Below, one piece after another: positions 43,901-57,200 of a stretch of 64,000 bases of DNA; position 1 is the stretch's first letter, and the number at the start of each line of letters is the position of its first letter. Source of the stretch: Zygnema circumcarinatum SAG 698-1b (taxonomy: Eukaryota > Plantae > Zygnematophyceae); contig CM074821.1 in the NCBI GenBank assembly GCA_037447605.1, positions 1,984,001-2,048,000 of the forward strand, in the 5' to 3' direction. The translations under genes were made by a program, and so were the position numbers. A model generated the notes under the pieces. That model was not told the DNA's origin, did no database searches, and saw only the letters and a program-made list of their open reading frames with translations.

Positions 43901-46900
43901 GTGTTCGTCGGCCGGAATTGCGTTTTTCTGAGCTGGTGGGATTGGAGGCCATTGAAGAGGAGGTTGATGCCATTGTTGGCTTCCTTCGCAATCCCGGTCG
44001 CTACAAGAAACTTGGGGCCCGCCCTCCTCGAGTGCGCCCATGATCCTTTCTTTCATTGCCACAGAAACGTTAGTGGAAGAGAACCTTTAGTTGTGCTCTG
44101 ACAATTTGCAGCCGAAGCCTTTTACATAGATTACACTTTCTACCACGCAGTCGTTCTGTAGACTGCCTAATCGACAATTGCTTTTGCAGGGAGTGCTGAT
44201 AGCCGGACCATCAGGATCGGGAAAGACAACACTTGCACTTGCAATTGCAGCAGAGGCCGGTGTGCCTCTTGTGGAGGTTGGAGCGCGGGATTTTGATCGA
44301 GGGGAGTTTGTAGGGCAAGGGGCTGCCAGTGTGCGTGAGCTTTTTAAGATGGCGCGGGAAACGGTACGCATCCTTCACAGACTTGCCGTGAACTGCGCAT
44401 ATGCCACAGACAGGAGGGTAGAGTAGAGTCTCCTTATAGTGCAAGGAGCACCCGCAATTGCTAATTTTGCGTTTACACAGCATCACCTGTCCTTCAGTTG
44501 GTTGGCACAATTTGGGTACGCAAATGACAAAATGAGGAACAGCTCTTCTAGAACGTTGGTTGATTGCGTAATTAACAGGATAAAATGTGACGGGGAGCGC
44601 AGGCACCAGTTATCATTTTCATAGAGGAGTTCGATCAGTTTGCTGGCGTGCGAGGGTCCACAATTGACGCTTCAAGACAGGAAATGGAGAGCATGCTTAA
44701 TCAGGTGCTCGTGGAGCTTGATGGGTGAGCTGCCCTTCATTCGTTTACTCCAGTGCGGCAACTTTTCCTCCGTAACTAGAGTACTGGATCGTGCGAGGAG
44801 CATCACTTAGTAAAACGTAAAGCGTTTTCTGCATCCGTACCCTGTAAAGTCATGGTTTGACCAGGAACGGTATCAACATAGAACCTAGCAATAGTTCCAA
44901 ATTTGTCGGCTATCAGGGTTGTAGGAGCTATCAGTGTCAATAGTCCTGAGTTCAAGAGTGTTCTAAATCATCAGTCGGTCAAGCTGCAGGGACACTTCCA
45001 TACTTCCATTGCTTACTCATGCTTACCCCGTAGGTGAAAGGATTTTTTTCTGGCAGGTTCGAGACGCAAGAGGGGGTAGTTTTACTTGCAACCACAAAAC
45101 GACCATGGGCCGTTGATCCTGCGTTGAGGCGCCCTGGACGCATGGATCGCCTTTTGGAATTGCCGTTGCCGAATGCTGCTGAGAGGGAAGCCATACTGCT
45201 CAGCGTGGCAGACCGGACCATGGCTCCTGAACTCCGTGCAGCCGTAGACTGGCGATCGGTATGCAAGTGCTTTCGTTGTCTTGCCTATTTGGCAGCCAAA
45301 TGGATGGGGAAACATTGTTCTGTGAAAGATGTCAGCCAATGGCCCTGGCATAGTGTGTCCACTACTGCGGGTTTGCTATGGGACGACTATCACTTTTTTG
45401 GTTTAATCAGAGGCAGTTATGGTCCTCGCAGTTTTCTTACAAGTTCGTCGGGAGTACACTTTCTGATACGCAGGTGGCGGAGCAGACCGGGCTAATGCTG
45501 CCGCCCGAGTTGAAGCTTGTCCCGGATGCTATTTTCAGAGCAGCTGCCAGTGTGAAACGGCATGACAAGGATGAGCTTCTAGGGATTATGAATTCTCTGC
45601 AGGTATAATGCTGTAATTAAGTTTTGATCTTTATCGTCAAGGATGTGGTAAAAAATGTCAGCAATTAAACGTCCACACCAACAGTTGACTGGGAGGACCT
45701 TATGTTGGACTGAGGCCTGACACTATATCCTTGATGCCATGTCAGCTATATCATCGACTTGTTCCGAATTTCCTGCGGCGCACCCAGCCATTTCAAAACT
45801 GGGAGCGAAGTCTTGTGGCGTGGCTGGGGTTAGAAGTTACGTCAGACGACATTCGACAAATTCTGAAAGTGCTTGACTTCACTCGCCTCTCTCGACCTGG
45901 TCTAGAGCTGGAGACTCCGAATATTCCGGTGAGCTTCTTTTGCTGCCACCTCATTCGAGTGAATGAGTCCTTTCTAAGATTATGTATTGAAATGTTGAAC
46001 AGTATGATCGAGGTTAGTTAAGGCTTGAGATGTTCATGACGCGAAGACTGGGAGGCATTGGAGGGTGCAGTGGACCCGCGATTACAAGTATCCTCATGCT
46101 GTTTGGGCTGCTGGGCGTGGCCTGCTGGCAGCTCTGCTGCCAAGTTTCGACGCAGTGGAGAATATCTGGCTCACTCCTGAGTCTTGGGAGGTGTGCACAT
46201 TCACAAGCAGCAAGGGCAAAAGGCACTTTGTGTGCAAGATGGCGATAGCTATGTGGACAAGCAGGTGCTTCTAGGGCTATTATCTGTGAGGATTTGGATG
46301 GTGCTGGCCGGGGTGTGCACAAGGGGGAAAACTTGCAGGGTAAAATTATCACCCATGATCGGTAGCAAAAGCTTGGCTAACTGATAGCCGGGAGTGGGAG
46401 CTGCAGGGCATTGGATTTACTCGCATGCGGCCGGAGCTTGAACCTGGCTTCGCGGAAACGGGGATTCGAGCAAGGACGCACAGTGAAAAGAGGCTGACAT
46501 TGCTTTTTGGGTCGCATTGCGCCGCAGTTCTGCTCCTTCCATGGGGTCAAAGCAACACACTGGCAACGCAGCAGTTGAAGGATGCTCAGGAGGTAAAGGA
46601 AACGGAAGAAGTTTTCAGAGTTAGCATTGTCCTATTGAGGTTGGCTGCTGGCTCTTCCTGGATGAAGGCATTGTTACGTGGAGATATGCTTTTTGGGGTT
46701 TTTAGGGGCTGTACTGTACTGTCGGTAGGGCAAATTACGCGAGCGTCTGGCGTGCAATTTACACGTGCTGGCTGTAATCATGTGCTGTCCTTATTCATTG
46801 TTTCTAGTAAAAGTTGTTACATTCTGTCATGCATGTCTATTGTGTCATGATTCTCAGTCACGTAGTATGCACGAATAGATAATCTGAGCAGTTGCGGATG

Positions 46901-48095
46901 GAGGAGTGCAGATGTCTGTTTCTATGGTGGTGGAGCAGGGCTGGTCGCCAGATGGCAGCCCCATGATATACAAAACACAGTCTGCGGTCAGTTGCCTTAT
47001 TCCTATTGCCTAACAAACCCGATATCCTCAGGTTGCCAGAGTTAGTCAGTATCATCAAATTATGTGCACAAAACTCGCAGTTTTCCCCGATTTGAAACGT
47101 CTCGCAAGGTGTGCAGGAGCGAATGGTGGACATGGGATATGTGCATGCAGAGGAACTCGAAGGGAGAGCACGGAAGGTATAGTGGTTACACTTCTATTTA
47201 TCCAGAAGGAACGGTTGCAAAAGTTGATGTCAAGTATACAAAGACTGGAATTGCTGAGTGAGAATAGATTATTCTCCTTAGACATCACAAAAGCACAGAG
47301 ATGAAGCAATCACGCAGATACCAGTATAGCCAGAGAGAAGCATCTTTCACAAAAACTGGGAACAGGAAGCAGACACTGAATAGTACACAAAACGCCTAGC
47401 TTTCAAGGGCTCTTGCTCGTTTCTGTTTTGTGAGACTGAAGCAACGAATAGTGTTCCATGGATCACTATTGGAAGTGCTGCTAGGCAAACTTTGACTGTC
47501 CATGTCTGGGATGGGTTATTGAGGACAGCTCTATGAGCAGGCAGCTGAAAGGGCCGGTGAGATATTATCGCGGAACAAGGCGTCATTGGAGGCTTTGGTG
47601 GAACATCTGTGCACATACGATGCTATAGACGAGGAGGTAAGCTGCGGTGCCTGCTGTGGTAGTCTAATCGAGGAATCTTGAGCTTTCAGTCTGTAGCAGA
47701 ATTCCTCCTGCTTAAAATCATATCATGACGTACAGACAAATGGAAACCTATTTACGTTTTTGCAGGGCCTACAGCAGCTGCTGAAGGAGACGGGTGCCAC
47801 ACCCGAGGAAGGGCCATTTGAGCTCATTCCATACCAGCCACCCACGGTGGGTACAGGCCTGCTCTTCTGCCGGTGCTGGTTTCACCGAAGGTTCATCTGC
47901 CTGCAGAAGGGCAGCAGGAGCTAGGAGGATTTTCTTTAAGCTCACAGTTAGGAATGCCTTTCACATGAGCAGAAGTGATGGGCCAGATCCACTCGTTTCT
48001 AACATATGGTCAGGACTGCATGGCTGTGCTTGCAGAATGGCGGTGGCAGAAATGTGCCCACATGGCGGAGATTGGCAGAGCCCATAGCCACGTAG
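40966..48095 (+). CDS. FTSHI5: Multi-exon FtsHi5 (protease-inactive FtsH-like AAA ATPase of the plastid envelope Ycf2-FtsHi complex); exact final exon uncertain
   Basis: Transit peptide and long coiled-coil exon 1. MGVPTTVELMWIP (cf. CGIPTSVHLMWIP); DDPIRRAFDNLK; Walker A GPSGSGKT; APVIIFIEEFDQFAGVRG; NQVLVELDG; ALRRPGRMDR; WTRDYKYPHAVWAAGRGL (no HEXXH); FGSHCAAVLLLP. Confidence 0.9.
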
Positions 48096-48450
48096 TGGTC
48101 CGGTTTCTTTGGCATCGCGGATGACGGTCTGCTCCAAAAGAATTATAATGTGGTTTATTAGGCAGCACAGATCAAATCAATAAATGTTAAACTTCACCAT
48201 GTTTCAGTTCCTGGTATTTTCCAGGCAACATGAAAAGGCAAAAAGGTCATTTTTCAACATCTCGAAAGGTTCTAAATTTGGTATTGAGCGGCACCTCACT
48301 TTCAGCGTACATTAGGAGAATCTTGCAACCAAAAAGGTCTACAATGTCATGTATTGAATGGACCAAGAAAATCTGTCTATTATCCTCAGGTTTAAAAAAA
48401 ATGCCTTGCAGATACTCTAAATACGAAGGAACCAATGTTGATTTCAATCA

Positions 48451-51400
48451 CTACTCATCTTTACTAAGGTCGTCCTCCTTGGGATATCTGAAACTGAGAA
48501 AAACTCCGGCACCCAACACACTTGCCACGACGGCGAGAGACACTTCCGTAGAGACTCCAAATCCTGACGACAAAGGAAAAAAAAGGCGAGTCTATCAATT
48601 CCCGTTTTCCTTTCCCTTTATGAATTTTCCTCTGCACAATCTTGTTGCTACGACATACTTGGTCTGACAAAAGATGCAGATGCTGAACGCTAACACATCC
48701 CAAAAGAGAACAACCATGTTTGCCAAAGCTTTTATTCGCTCCCCTGGCACATTGACTCAGAGACCCTTGACGAAGATGTAAGGGACAAGAATGAAGAATC
48801 ACAAGGTAAACGTTAGAGACAGACTCCATCTTTCCAAAGCTATGTGATTCGGCAATATTGTATCCATAGCCAGATTGTTTTCAGTCTACCAACTTCAATG
48901 CCACGCTGCATTCTATCTCGCAGTAAAAACAGGCATTTTGTTCGCTGGGATCGTTATTGGAAAAAGCCAGTTTCACACAAAAACTCAAACAAGAAATGAG
49001 CCCATGGAGCTGAGGTCCACTCACCAAAAAAGTCCGCCACCATCTTCGATCCAATGAAGCCGAGGACTAGCGCTACTGACGGCTGCAGGCATGAGTAGCA
49101 GCTAGCTTTCAGCATACTATCAAGCAGCAAATTCACAGCTTCACAAACGAAAACGATCACAAATACATGATAGCGCAATCTCCTGACTTGCTCCATTCAT
49201 GCTCTACCGGACTCTGGCTCCCTCTGGCTCATCCGTCCAAGCATTGCATTTAGCAGTCCTTCAAATGACACCTGTGCACGTAAGGTAGGATCTATCGGCT
49301 GTCATGTCCGTGGCGGCGGGACCGCAGGTCAGGATTGGAGGAATGAGTCAGCTCAAGGAAGAAGCCATACCTGCAAGTAGTGGAGTTCACCCATGCTCGT
49401 GGAGACAAGGAGATACAGCGACCGCAAACCTGTAGCAGCCGCCAGATGGCCAGTGGCAGCCCCCCCCCTTGCGGTTCAGAAGCGTTAACAACGTCCACTC
49501 TCCTTCTCCACAGCAGACAACCCAAGTTTCAATGGCTGGTTGTCCCAGTGTCCCAATGAAATCCTAAAATTTACTGAAACTTGGAGCACATTCCCTTTCT
49601 AACAAAAAATGTTAGCCAGGCTAAAAATTCCTTCTAAAAAGGAAATGATGACAACCAGACATGCATTTCAAAAAGCCATAAAATATCAGCTTTGTTGAAC
49701 CCTCTTGACGTCATCATCCTTCACTGTTCTGACGAGCAGCCATTTTCTTTGTCAAAAAACACGGCAACTATCAACTTGCTGCAGGACATGTTGAAAAGAC
49801 CCAGAACTTCGGGATGCCAATGTGCTTTCTCTTTAGATAGGCATCTCAGGCGTGAAAACTCACCCAAAATGGCAAAAATATTGGATGAAAAAACGATAAA
49901 TGGGTCTCGTGTCACCCCAAAAACAGCAGGGATGGAATCAACCTGGTATTCCCCAGTTTTCCATTCCCATCCTTTTCAGATCACAACGGGAAGGGCAAGG
50001 CCACGGAATTGGTACGCAGAAGGCTCGCAAAGCGGTAAAGGAAGCAAAGAATTAAGGGAATACCACAGAAGCACCAGGAAAAGGGCAGGAAAAAACATAC
50101 GGCAAATACTAAATCGGAGAGTTCGACCACGGAAAGAGTTAGCAGAAGGGGTGTGGCCTGCAAGCGATGGTAAAGTAAACATCAGTGGTCTCATACTAAG
50201 CACCATGCCCTTCTTAACAGCAAATTCAATTGAGAATCTGCAGTATCAATCTGCAATCTGGAATTTTACTTCCCCTTTGACCGAATCTAGATTTCACTGG
50301 ACAAAGTTGCATTTCGAAGTGGAGGCAACAGTTTCTGAACCTTTTGCACTCCATCCACAATGGTGTAGAATTTGTTGCCATCATAGGAGCCTGCAAAAAA
50401 CCATTGTGCAACAAATTGATTATTGGACGATTTAGCAATGCACTAGAACTAGATTCGGCACATATTTTAAGAGCATCAACCAAACAAAAACGGCAGCGAG
50501 GAGGTGACGGCAGAAGAAAACTACAAAGCAGTGCTAGAAATCGCATTCGACTGTGAAAGAACTAAAATCGATAATTCAGAATGAACGGGTTTGCCTGGAA
50601 ATAGGCTACGGCAATTGATAAAACAAAGAAACGTCATGCGTGGCCAGTACTCGTGTCCCATATCATATCCTGTATTTGGAGGCTATGCGGTTACTAAGAA
50701 AAACAAACTAGAATCGAGTGCAGCCCGACTTTAGACCAAAAAGAGGTACACATGCTCCCCAAGTGTTCACATGCACCAACCACTCTCCAATGTCCACCAA
50801 AGCAATCAGGCAAAAAAATTACTTGTGACCGGAATGAAGCGTTGACAAAGCTTCACCAATGTATTGTTGGAGAGGTCCTCATCACCATCATCGCTATCTG
50901 CAAGCAACTGTCCAACACACAACAATCGCTCAAAAAATAAAGTTCAACGCAAAAGCACAATTTGCAGAATCACGGTTCAAGCCAAAAAAGCGTTTACTGG
51001 CTTCTACATACATTGTTTGGTGCTTGCTGTAACCCCTAAAGTTGCTCATGCAAAATAAGAAACGTCAAGAGGCACACAGTAACTGAAGGCAGAACCATCA
51101 CTGGTAGACCCAGATACAACCACACCGAACATCTATTGAAATACGCCGCTGACCTCTAACAGTCGTGGGTAGGCTCCAAACGAACAAGAAATGGTCGTTT
51201 GATGGGCTTTGAAAAACGTGTAGCCCCTTAAAATAGGCAGATGCTCACTTCGGAAAGAACCAAGGGAGCTTTGCCTAAGTTGAAGAGAGGGGCCGGCCTA
51301 TTGACGGAGAGCCTTGAGAAGTTTCACCTTATATGATGAGAAGAGCAGAATGCCGGCGAAGACAAGGTTGATGGCTGCAAAGGCCTGTCAAAGATCAACA

Positions 51401-53998
51401 CAATGATACACACACCATGGCGGACCATTTGTCTGTCAGTTTCATGGCATAAGCGCACGCAGCCTCCCAGACATCAGCTGTCTCAGCTCACCTGAACGCC
51501 AATGAGGAGCATGCAATGCACATAAACATTTACACCATTGAACATCATCAGTGGCTGAAATCAACCTCAATGGTGGCCACTCCCAAGCCAATCATAATGC
51601 CTCGAAACACCACCGCTCCCGCCAAGCCATATGTGAGTACTCTTCCCTGAGGCCCCCCAAAAAGTCCAAAAAGCCCAGCATTGGCCTTGTCTTGTCTTGT
51701 GTTGTTTGTCTGGTCTTGTCTTGTTACGTGTTTGCACACAAAGCAGCTCACAAGTTCCCTCAGCCAAAAATAACATGGAAAGGTAATTTTCAAAAGCATA
51801 AAATATAACTCTGAACTATCCTGTCCTTGGAGGCAGCTGAGACTTTCACCTGTATCCCACCTGAAAGGCCAAAGGAACTTTGAAATAGTTGAAGATGAGG
51901 ACGAACACAAGCAGGTTGTCCACAGAGAGACTTTGTTCCAGAAGATAACTGAACCAATGGAACAGGGGACAGTACAATACAAATTCAAGAGCTCACTCAG
52001 TGCTGCCAATTAGCCTTATCCTGGTAAAGCTCCCAACTTTCACACATCCATATTTAATTTTGATTCGTGAACCGTCCGTTCACTTCGAATTGATTTCAAT
52101 AAAGGTCAAGGACTAAACATTGGACTCACCCTGCAAAAAATTCTGATGCTTTTGAAGGACCCTCGGTATAGCCAATACCACATCCAAAAATTAAAGCTGA
52201 AGTCACCTGCCATCCAAGGCAAATGACGTCTTCTTTCAGTAACTCACAGTTTGAAGCACAATAAAGACAGGCTCTTTTGCAGTAAAAACACTTTGACATG
52301 AAGTAAAAGAAAGAATTATTGACGAAGGACACGCATGTAATGGCTTAAACTAAGACAAGATTCCAGCACAGGAGCAGCAGACCCAGATTGCCACAGTTGT
52401 CAAAGCCTGTTGTCGATCCTCTGGCTGCAACTCCTGCTCCCTTGGAAGCTCCCCTACGGAGGAGACAGTCTGGGCTGCAACTTCCACCCCCTTCTCCACT
52501 GCATCTACAACTATGGCTGCCTCTTCCACCACTGCCTCCTTCACTGCCTTTACACCGTCCTTCACGGTGCTCAATAGCTCTGGCTCACGCTCTGTATCAA
52601 TGATAGGCAGTGTTGTGCGATTGGTGGTTGCAATATCTTCATCTTCTTCAGCCGCGGGATGAGGCTGGCTGGCTTTACTGTTGCCTGAAGATTGCTCCTC
52701 TATGGACACTGCGAAGAATCACATTTACACCTTGCGTGAGGAGAAAAATGGAGGCGGGTTTTTGAGAAAATGAAGGTAGTAGAACTCTAGAGAATTCAAA
52801 AGGAAAACCTGCACGTACAGAAAGGAATGTGTACGTTGAGGTGTCAGCAGACACGCCAACAGAAGCAGCAAACAATAGCAATCACTGATAGGACGGAGGT
52901 GCGAGTAATGTAGGCAAACACAACCAAGTATACACCTGCAAAAAACATCACATGGGATGAACGAACATTACAGACTTGCTCGACCGTTAATCACTCAGCT
53001 TCACATGTTGCTAACACGGAAGCCTTATCAACCAGCATAGATTGCTGTCTCTAAGAGTAAACAGATAAGACGGTTACATGCAACACCTCCACCCAAATCT
53101 GCATGCCGTACAAACCTGCAGTTTCGCCGTGCCGGTTGTGAGCCGCAACGTGTTTGAGGGGCTGTGGAGAAGCGGCATACGCAACGGAAGGCCATGCTGC
53201 GCCCCGCACCTGCTGCGGATGCAGAGTGCAGATGAATCTCAAAATATGACAGGAAGTGGAAAGAGAGGGACAAAAAAAAAGTCCATTTGAGCAGAAAGTT
53301 CCCCGTGAATTCCTTCCCGGCACGAAAGCGTCGGCTGATTTTGTAATCATGAAAAAATCAGAATATGGTTGCACAGAAATAAGGCCCATTTTTTAACCTC
53401 TAATGAACATCTCTTCGTCGCAAACCTCTTCTGGTCTCACTGTGCCTTCCCTACACTCTGTCTCCTATTTTTTTATATTTCCTCTTTATCTAATTACCCT
53501 CGCTTCTGGCCTTCCCCGTTCAGTTCCAGCTATGGCTCTCAAGGTCTGAGCCAAAGTACCCATTCAAAAGGGACTTATAATTCAGGTTCGCTTCTTGTAT
53601 TCATAGTACGGAACGAGGCCGAACATCACTGATTTTTTCACTATTTTCAAGAATGCATTAAAAATATTCATTTAACTGGTTTTACATTTTAATATGAGAG
53701 CGCAAACGTGCTTAATTTTCCAAAGACAGATGGCCAGCTCATCTCCATATCTCTAAAGGCTCAGATTTCTCTATGAACACGGCAGTATGTGGGTGCCTGC
53801 ACAGGAATGAGCACTCACAGCGCTTCCAAGATGGCGCGCGAGTCCGCGGTGGTCAACAGGAGCAGCCCCGATCCGCCACGAGGACGCCCCCTGCTGCGGG
53901 CGCGCGAGGCCCGTCCCGGCAGCGGACTGCGCGTCCAGGCGTCGCCCCCCTGCGGCGGAAGAGGCGGCGAGAGCAGCAGTGCCGGACGCGGCAGCCAT
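48451..53998 (-). CDS. TERC: Multi-exon thylakoid TerC-family membrane protein (AtTerC/PDE149-like)
   Basis: Transit-like [14 protein letters not shown] at 53998. ASEFFAG|[19 protein letters not shown]; [14 protein letters not shown]; SYDGNKFYT; [20 protein letters not shown]; [17 protein letters not shown]|LRSLY; [16 protein letters not shown]; [13 protein letters not shown]...DE* (stop 48453-48451). Confidence 0.9.
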
Positions 53999-54222
53999 GG
54001 CTCCGCCCTCCTCCTGCTCCTGCTTCTCCTCCTGCTTCTCCTCCTCCTCCTGCTCCTACACGCACACCCCACAGGCAGCGGAGGACGCAGGTTCTGGCCC
54101 CCGCTTCGGGCTGTGCCGCCCGATACGGTACGGTATGATACGATACGCCTGCGATACGCGGTCCGAGCGAGTTGCCGTTGGGCGGGAGAGAGCGGAGTGG
54201 AGAGAGGGAGAGAGGGGAGGCT
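53999..54222. promoter_or_regulatory. Putative bidirectional promoter between TerC and APC7
   Basis: Divergent ATGs at 53998 and 54223 are separated by 224 bp; GC-rich, with short GATAC/GGTAC repeats near 54122-54158. Inferred from geometry. Confidence 0.5.
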
Positions 54223-57200
54223 ATGGAGGTGATGCGCGAGCAGGTCGTGGCGCTGCTGGAGCAGGGCCTGCACGACTCCGCCGCCATTCTGGTGCGCGCA
54301 ACCGCGCCATTCGCCGCCTTTGCTCGGGATGTTCTGTCAATCATTCGCTGGAAAGCATGCTACAGAATTAGAAAATTTGAAGCGCTGAGATTCCAATGTT
54401 CTTGACTATCGTGCTCAATCGGTACCCTTATTTTTTTAAACTTCTTTTGGACGCTGCCTCCTTAACCTGTACCCATGCATTTTCCTGTTTCGGCATTGAA
54501 TTACACGCTACGCAGAAATTGAGGAGAGAATAGCAGAAGTATTCTCGTAATCCTTTTTCTCCGAAGTCATTTCGCCGTTGTTTGCTTGTTTCAGGCAAGC
54601 TTCTTAGTGTCTGCAGCAAACGGCAGTTCCGACGTTTCTTCGGCAACTCGAGCAGAAGACTTGGTACTTGTTGATTTTAAATCCCTTTTTGCTGATTTTT
54701 TTGGAGGAGAGGAAGGACTTGTCGTGTTGTGAATGCGAGACTGGCCTCACAAGGTCAGCGGTGAAACTGATTTACTTCCAAGAAATGTGGATTTATCTTA
54801 CGCAGTCGTAAGGAATTCTGGCTGCAGGTGCTCTATGCAGATGCACTGTATGGAAAACAGGAGTACAGACGGGCTTTGGTAGGTGGCTTTCTCGATTGAC
54901 CTTGGCTTCATCATCTGGAATTTGTTTCAGCTCGCATTTCGAAGTGGTAATGTGTTGCTATTGAATGATGCACTTTTGGTCTTATATGCAGAACTTCTAT
55001 AAGCAAGCGCAGCAGTTGAGCAGAGTTAGTTCACCTGCTCGGCAAAGCCTAAGTTCTCGAGCGGGGCCTCTGCAAAGTAAGCAAGCTGGCGCTACTGTGC
55101 ATGCAGGCCCTCTCAGTCCTGCTGGAACTCACGGGGCTTCGGTCGCAGTCACCAGCGATGCTGAGGTAAAACGGCATCACAATTTTTTGTGCACTGGTTT
55201 CCAGTTCCTTTCATTCCTAGAGCAGAATGAGCAAGATAAAGTTGGGGAACTGATTCTTTGAATGCCTTATTATAGACACGGCCAAGGAGATGTTTTAATT
55301 TTTTTTTTTTTGTTAAAGTTAGCCTCGGTTAACACGGGAATTCTGTTACCGCTAAATAATGTTTACAGGTGAAGCTTAAAGTGGCACAATGCTATGTAGC
55401 ACTTAAGGAGACTCGAGCTGCTCTGACGGAGGTGAGCTGCCTTTGGTGTGTTCCTTTGCTACTTCTTTAGAATTTAATTGAATTCTTTAACTGTTTTCAG
55501 CCTGTTGTATACAGGGAATCAAAGAGTTTGCAACGCATATGCTCCTCATTCGAGGTCTACGCCAGATTTAATTTAACTTTTTAGTGAGAGCATGGCGTCT
55601 GCCTGAGGATTGCAGTTGGAAAGCATTTCTCCACGGCTGAGAACTTTGCAGGCTACCTTAATTCTGGCTCGTTTATACCACAGTAGTGGCTACGACCGTG
55701 CTGCAGTTGCATCGTACAAAGAGTGCCTCAGGTAGGGAGTTTGAACACTCTCAGGTTATGCTTTTCGAAATGTGAGAATCGTAGATGAAGAATCTACATT
55801 GTTTCCTATCGTTCTGAACATGAGTAAAGGTGAATCTAGTTAAGATTAAGGAATGCGTCGTCCTTCCTTCTATTGAAGCACGTGCTTCATGACCTAGCCA
55901 TTTTAAGTAAATTTGCCGATTAGCCCCCTCATCGTTGAGTGAGATGCAGACAAAACCCATACTTAGTAGAAGCGGTGACAGCTTTGGCTATGTTGGGAGC
56001 GCCCGCCAAAGACATCCAAACGCAACTTCCTCAAGTAAGGGATTCATCTTCGCATTTTGACTCTCATTTCTGCTGGGTGTCCTTTCACATTGTGAGAATG
56101 TGCTATGGCAATGGTTTTGGGCGGATGAGTTCATGAACTCTACTGGTTGTTTTGAGTCAATGGTTGTTTTCTTACAAATTCAGTTTACCTTTCACCTTTC
56201 GAGAGCAGCCAGTTACCTGCGCATGTCCTCAAACTCATGGCAGAAAAAATGTCATCGAATGAAGAAATGTGAAGCTAGAGTAATCTGTTAGCCAACTTCA
56301 ATGGCACTTGACACTGAAAGCTGCAAGGGTAAGGAAAAAGTGAAGGCGTAAGGCTACTGAACCTGACACGTGTACGTGGACCAGTAATGACCATTTTTTC
56401 GCCTTTTGTTTTGTGTTTAATGTCAGCCAGCAGTGGCAAGCAAGACTCGGAATGGGATTGACGTATTGGATCCGGCACGTTGGCTTTCGGTCAGCTCTGC
56501 TGCAGTCCTTTCTGATGTTTTGCGCCTTTTTGTTTGTTTGTTTGGTTTTTTTTTGTTGTTTTTATCTGTAAATGATGAGGACATTCTGCAAATTTGGTGA
56601 ATGGCCACGGGTGTCTGTGGTTCCTCTGGATGTTGGATTGTCCCAAGTTACATCGTTGAGAGATCTATGGTGTTTGTGGTTCCTATAGTAGGTCACTAGC
56701 CTATGACTACGTAATGCAAAAGATGCAGGTGGGGGCCCATACAGTCAATAGTTTGACGTTCACAGAGGATAGGATGGGCAGTCATATGTAGCCTGGGTTT
56801 TTCCAATGGTTCGATGATGTTGTGACTACTTTGTTGATGTTATGAGGTCTGTGTTGCATTGCAGAGATTGGTAGAGGCGCACTGCTCTGCTGCTTCACAT
56901 GACTATAAGAGTATCTTTCGCACTCCCTGCTGCTCTGCATGAAGACATTTCAGCCTGACAACCACTGGGAAGCTGCATGCTATATCTGGCCCACTTCCAA
57001 GAGAATAAACAGATATATCGTGCGCAACAGGTGCTTTGAACACTTTTCGGACTCTTGGAAATCGATTTCCAGGCAATACCCATCTTCAAGTGGAAATCGC
57101 TAGGGTAAGCATTTCAGGCTACAGTTGGTCTCCGTACCTTCCTTCTGTTGGTTTAATATGCACGCCACGCATGTTTATTCAGCTGGGAGTGAACACTTAT

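Noticed and set aside
49692-50435. 247-aa plus-strand ORF
   Set aside because: Antisense to TerC exons and introns, with no recognisable domain; treated as a shadow ORF.
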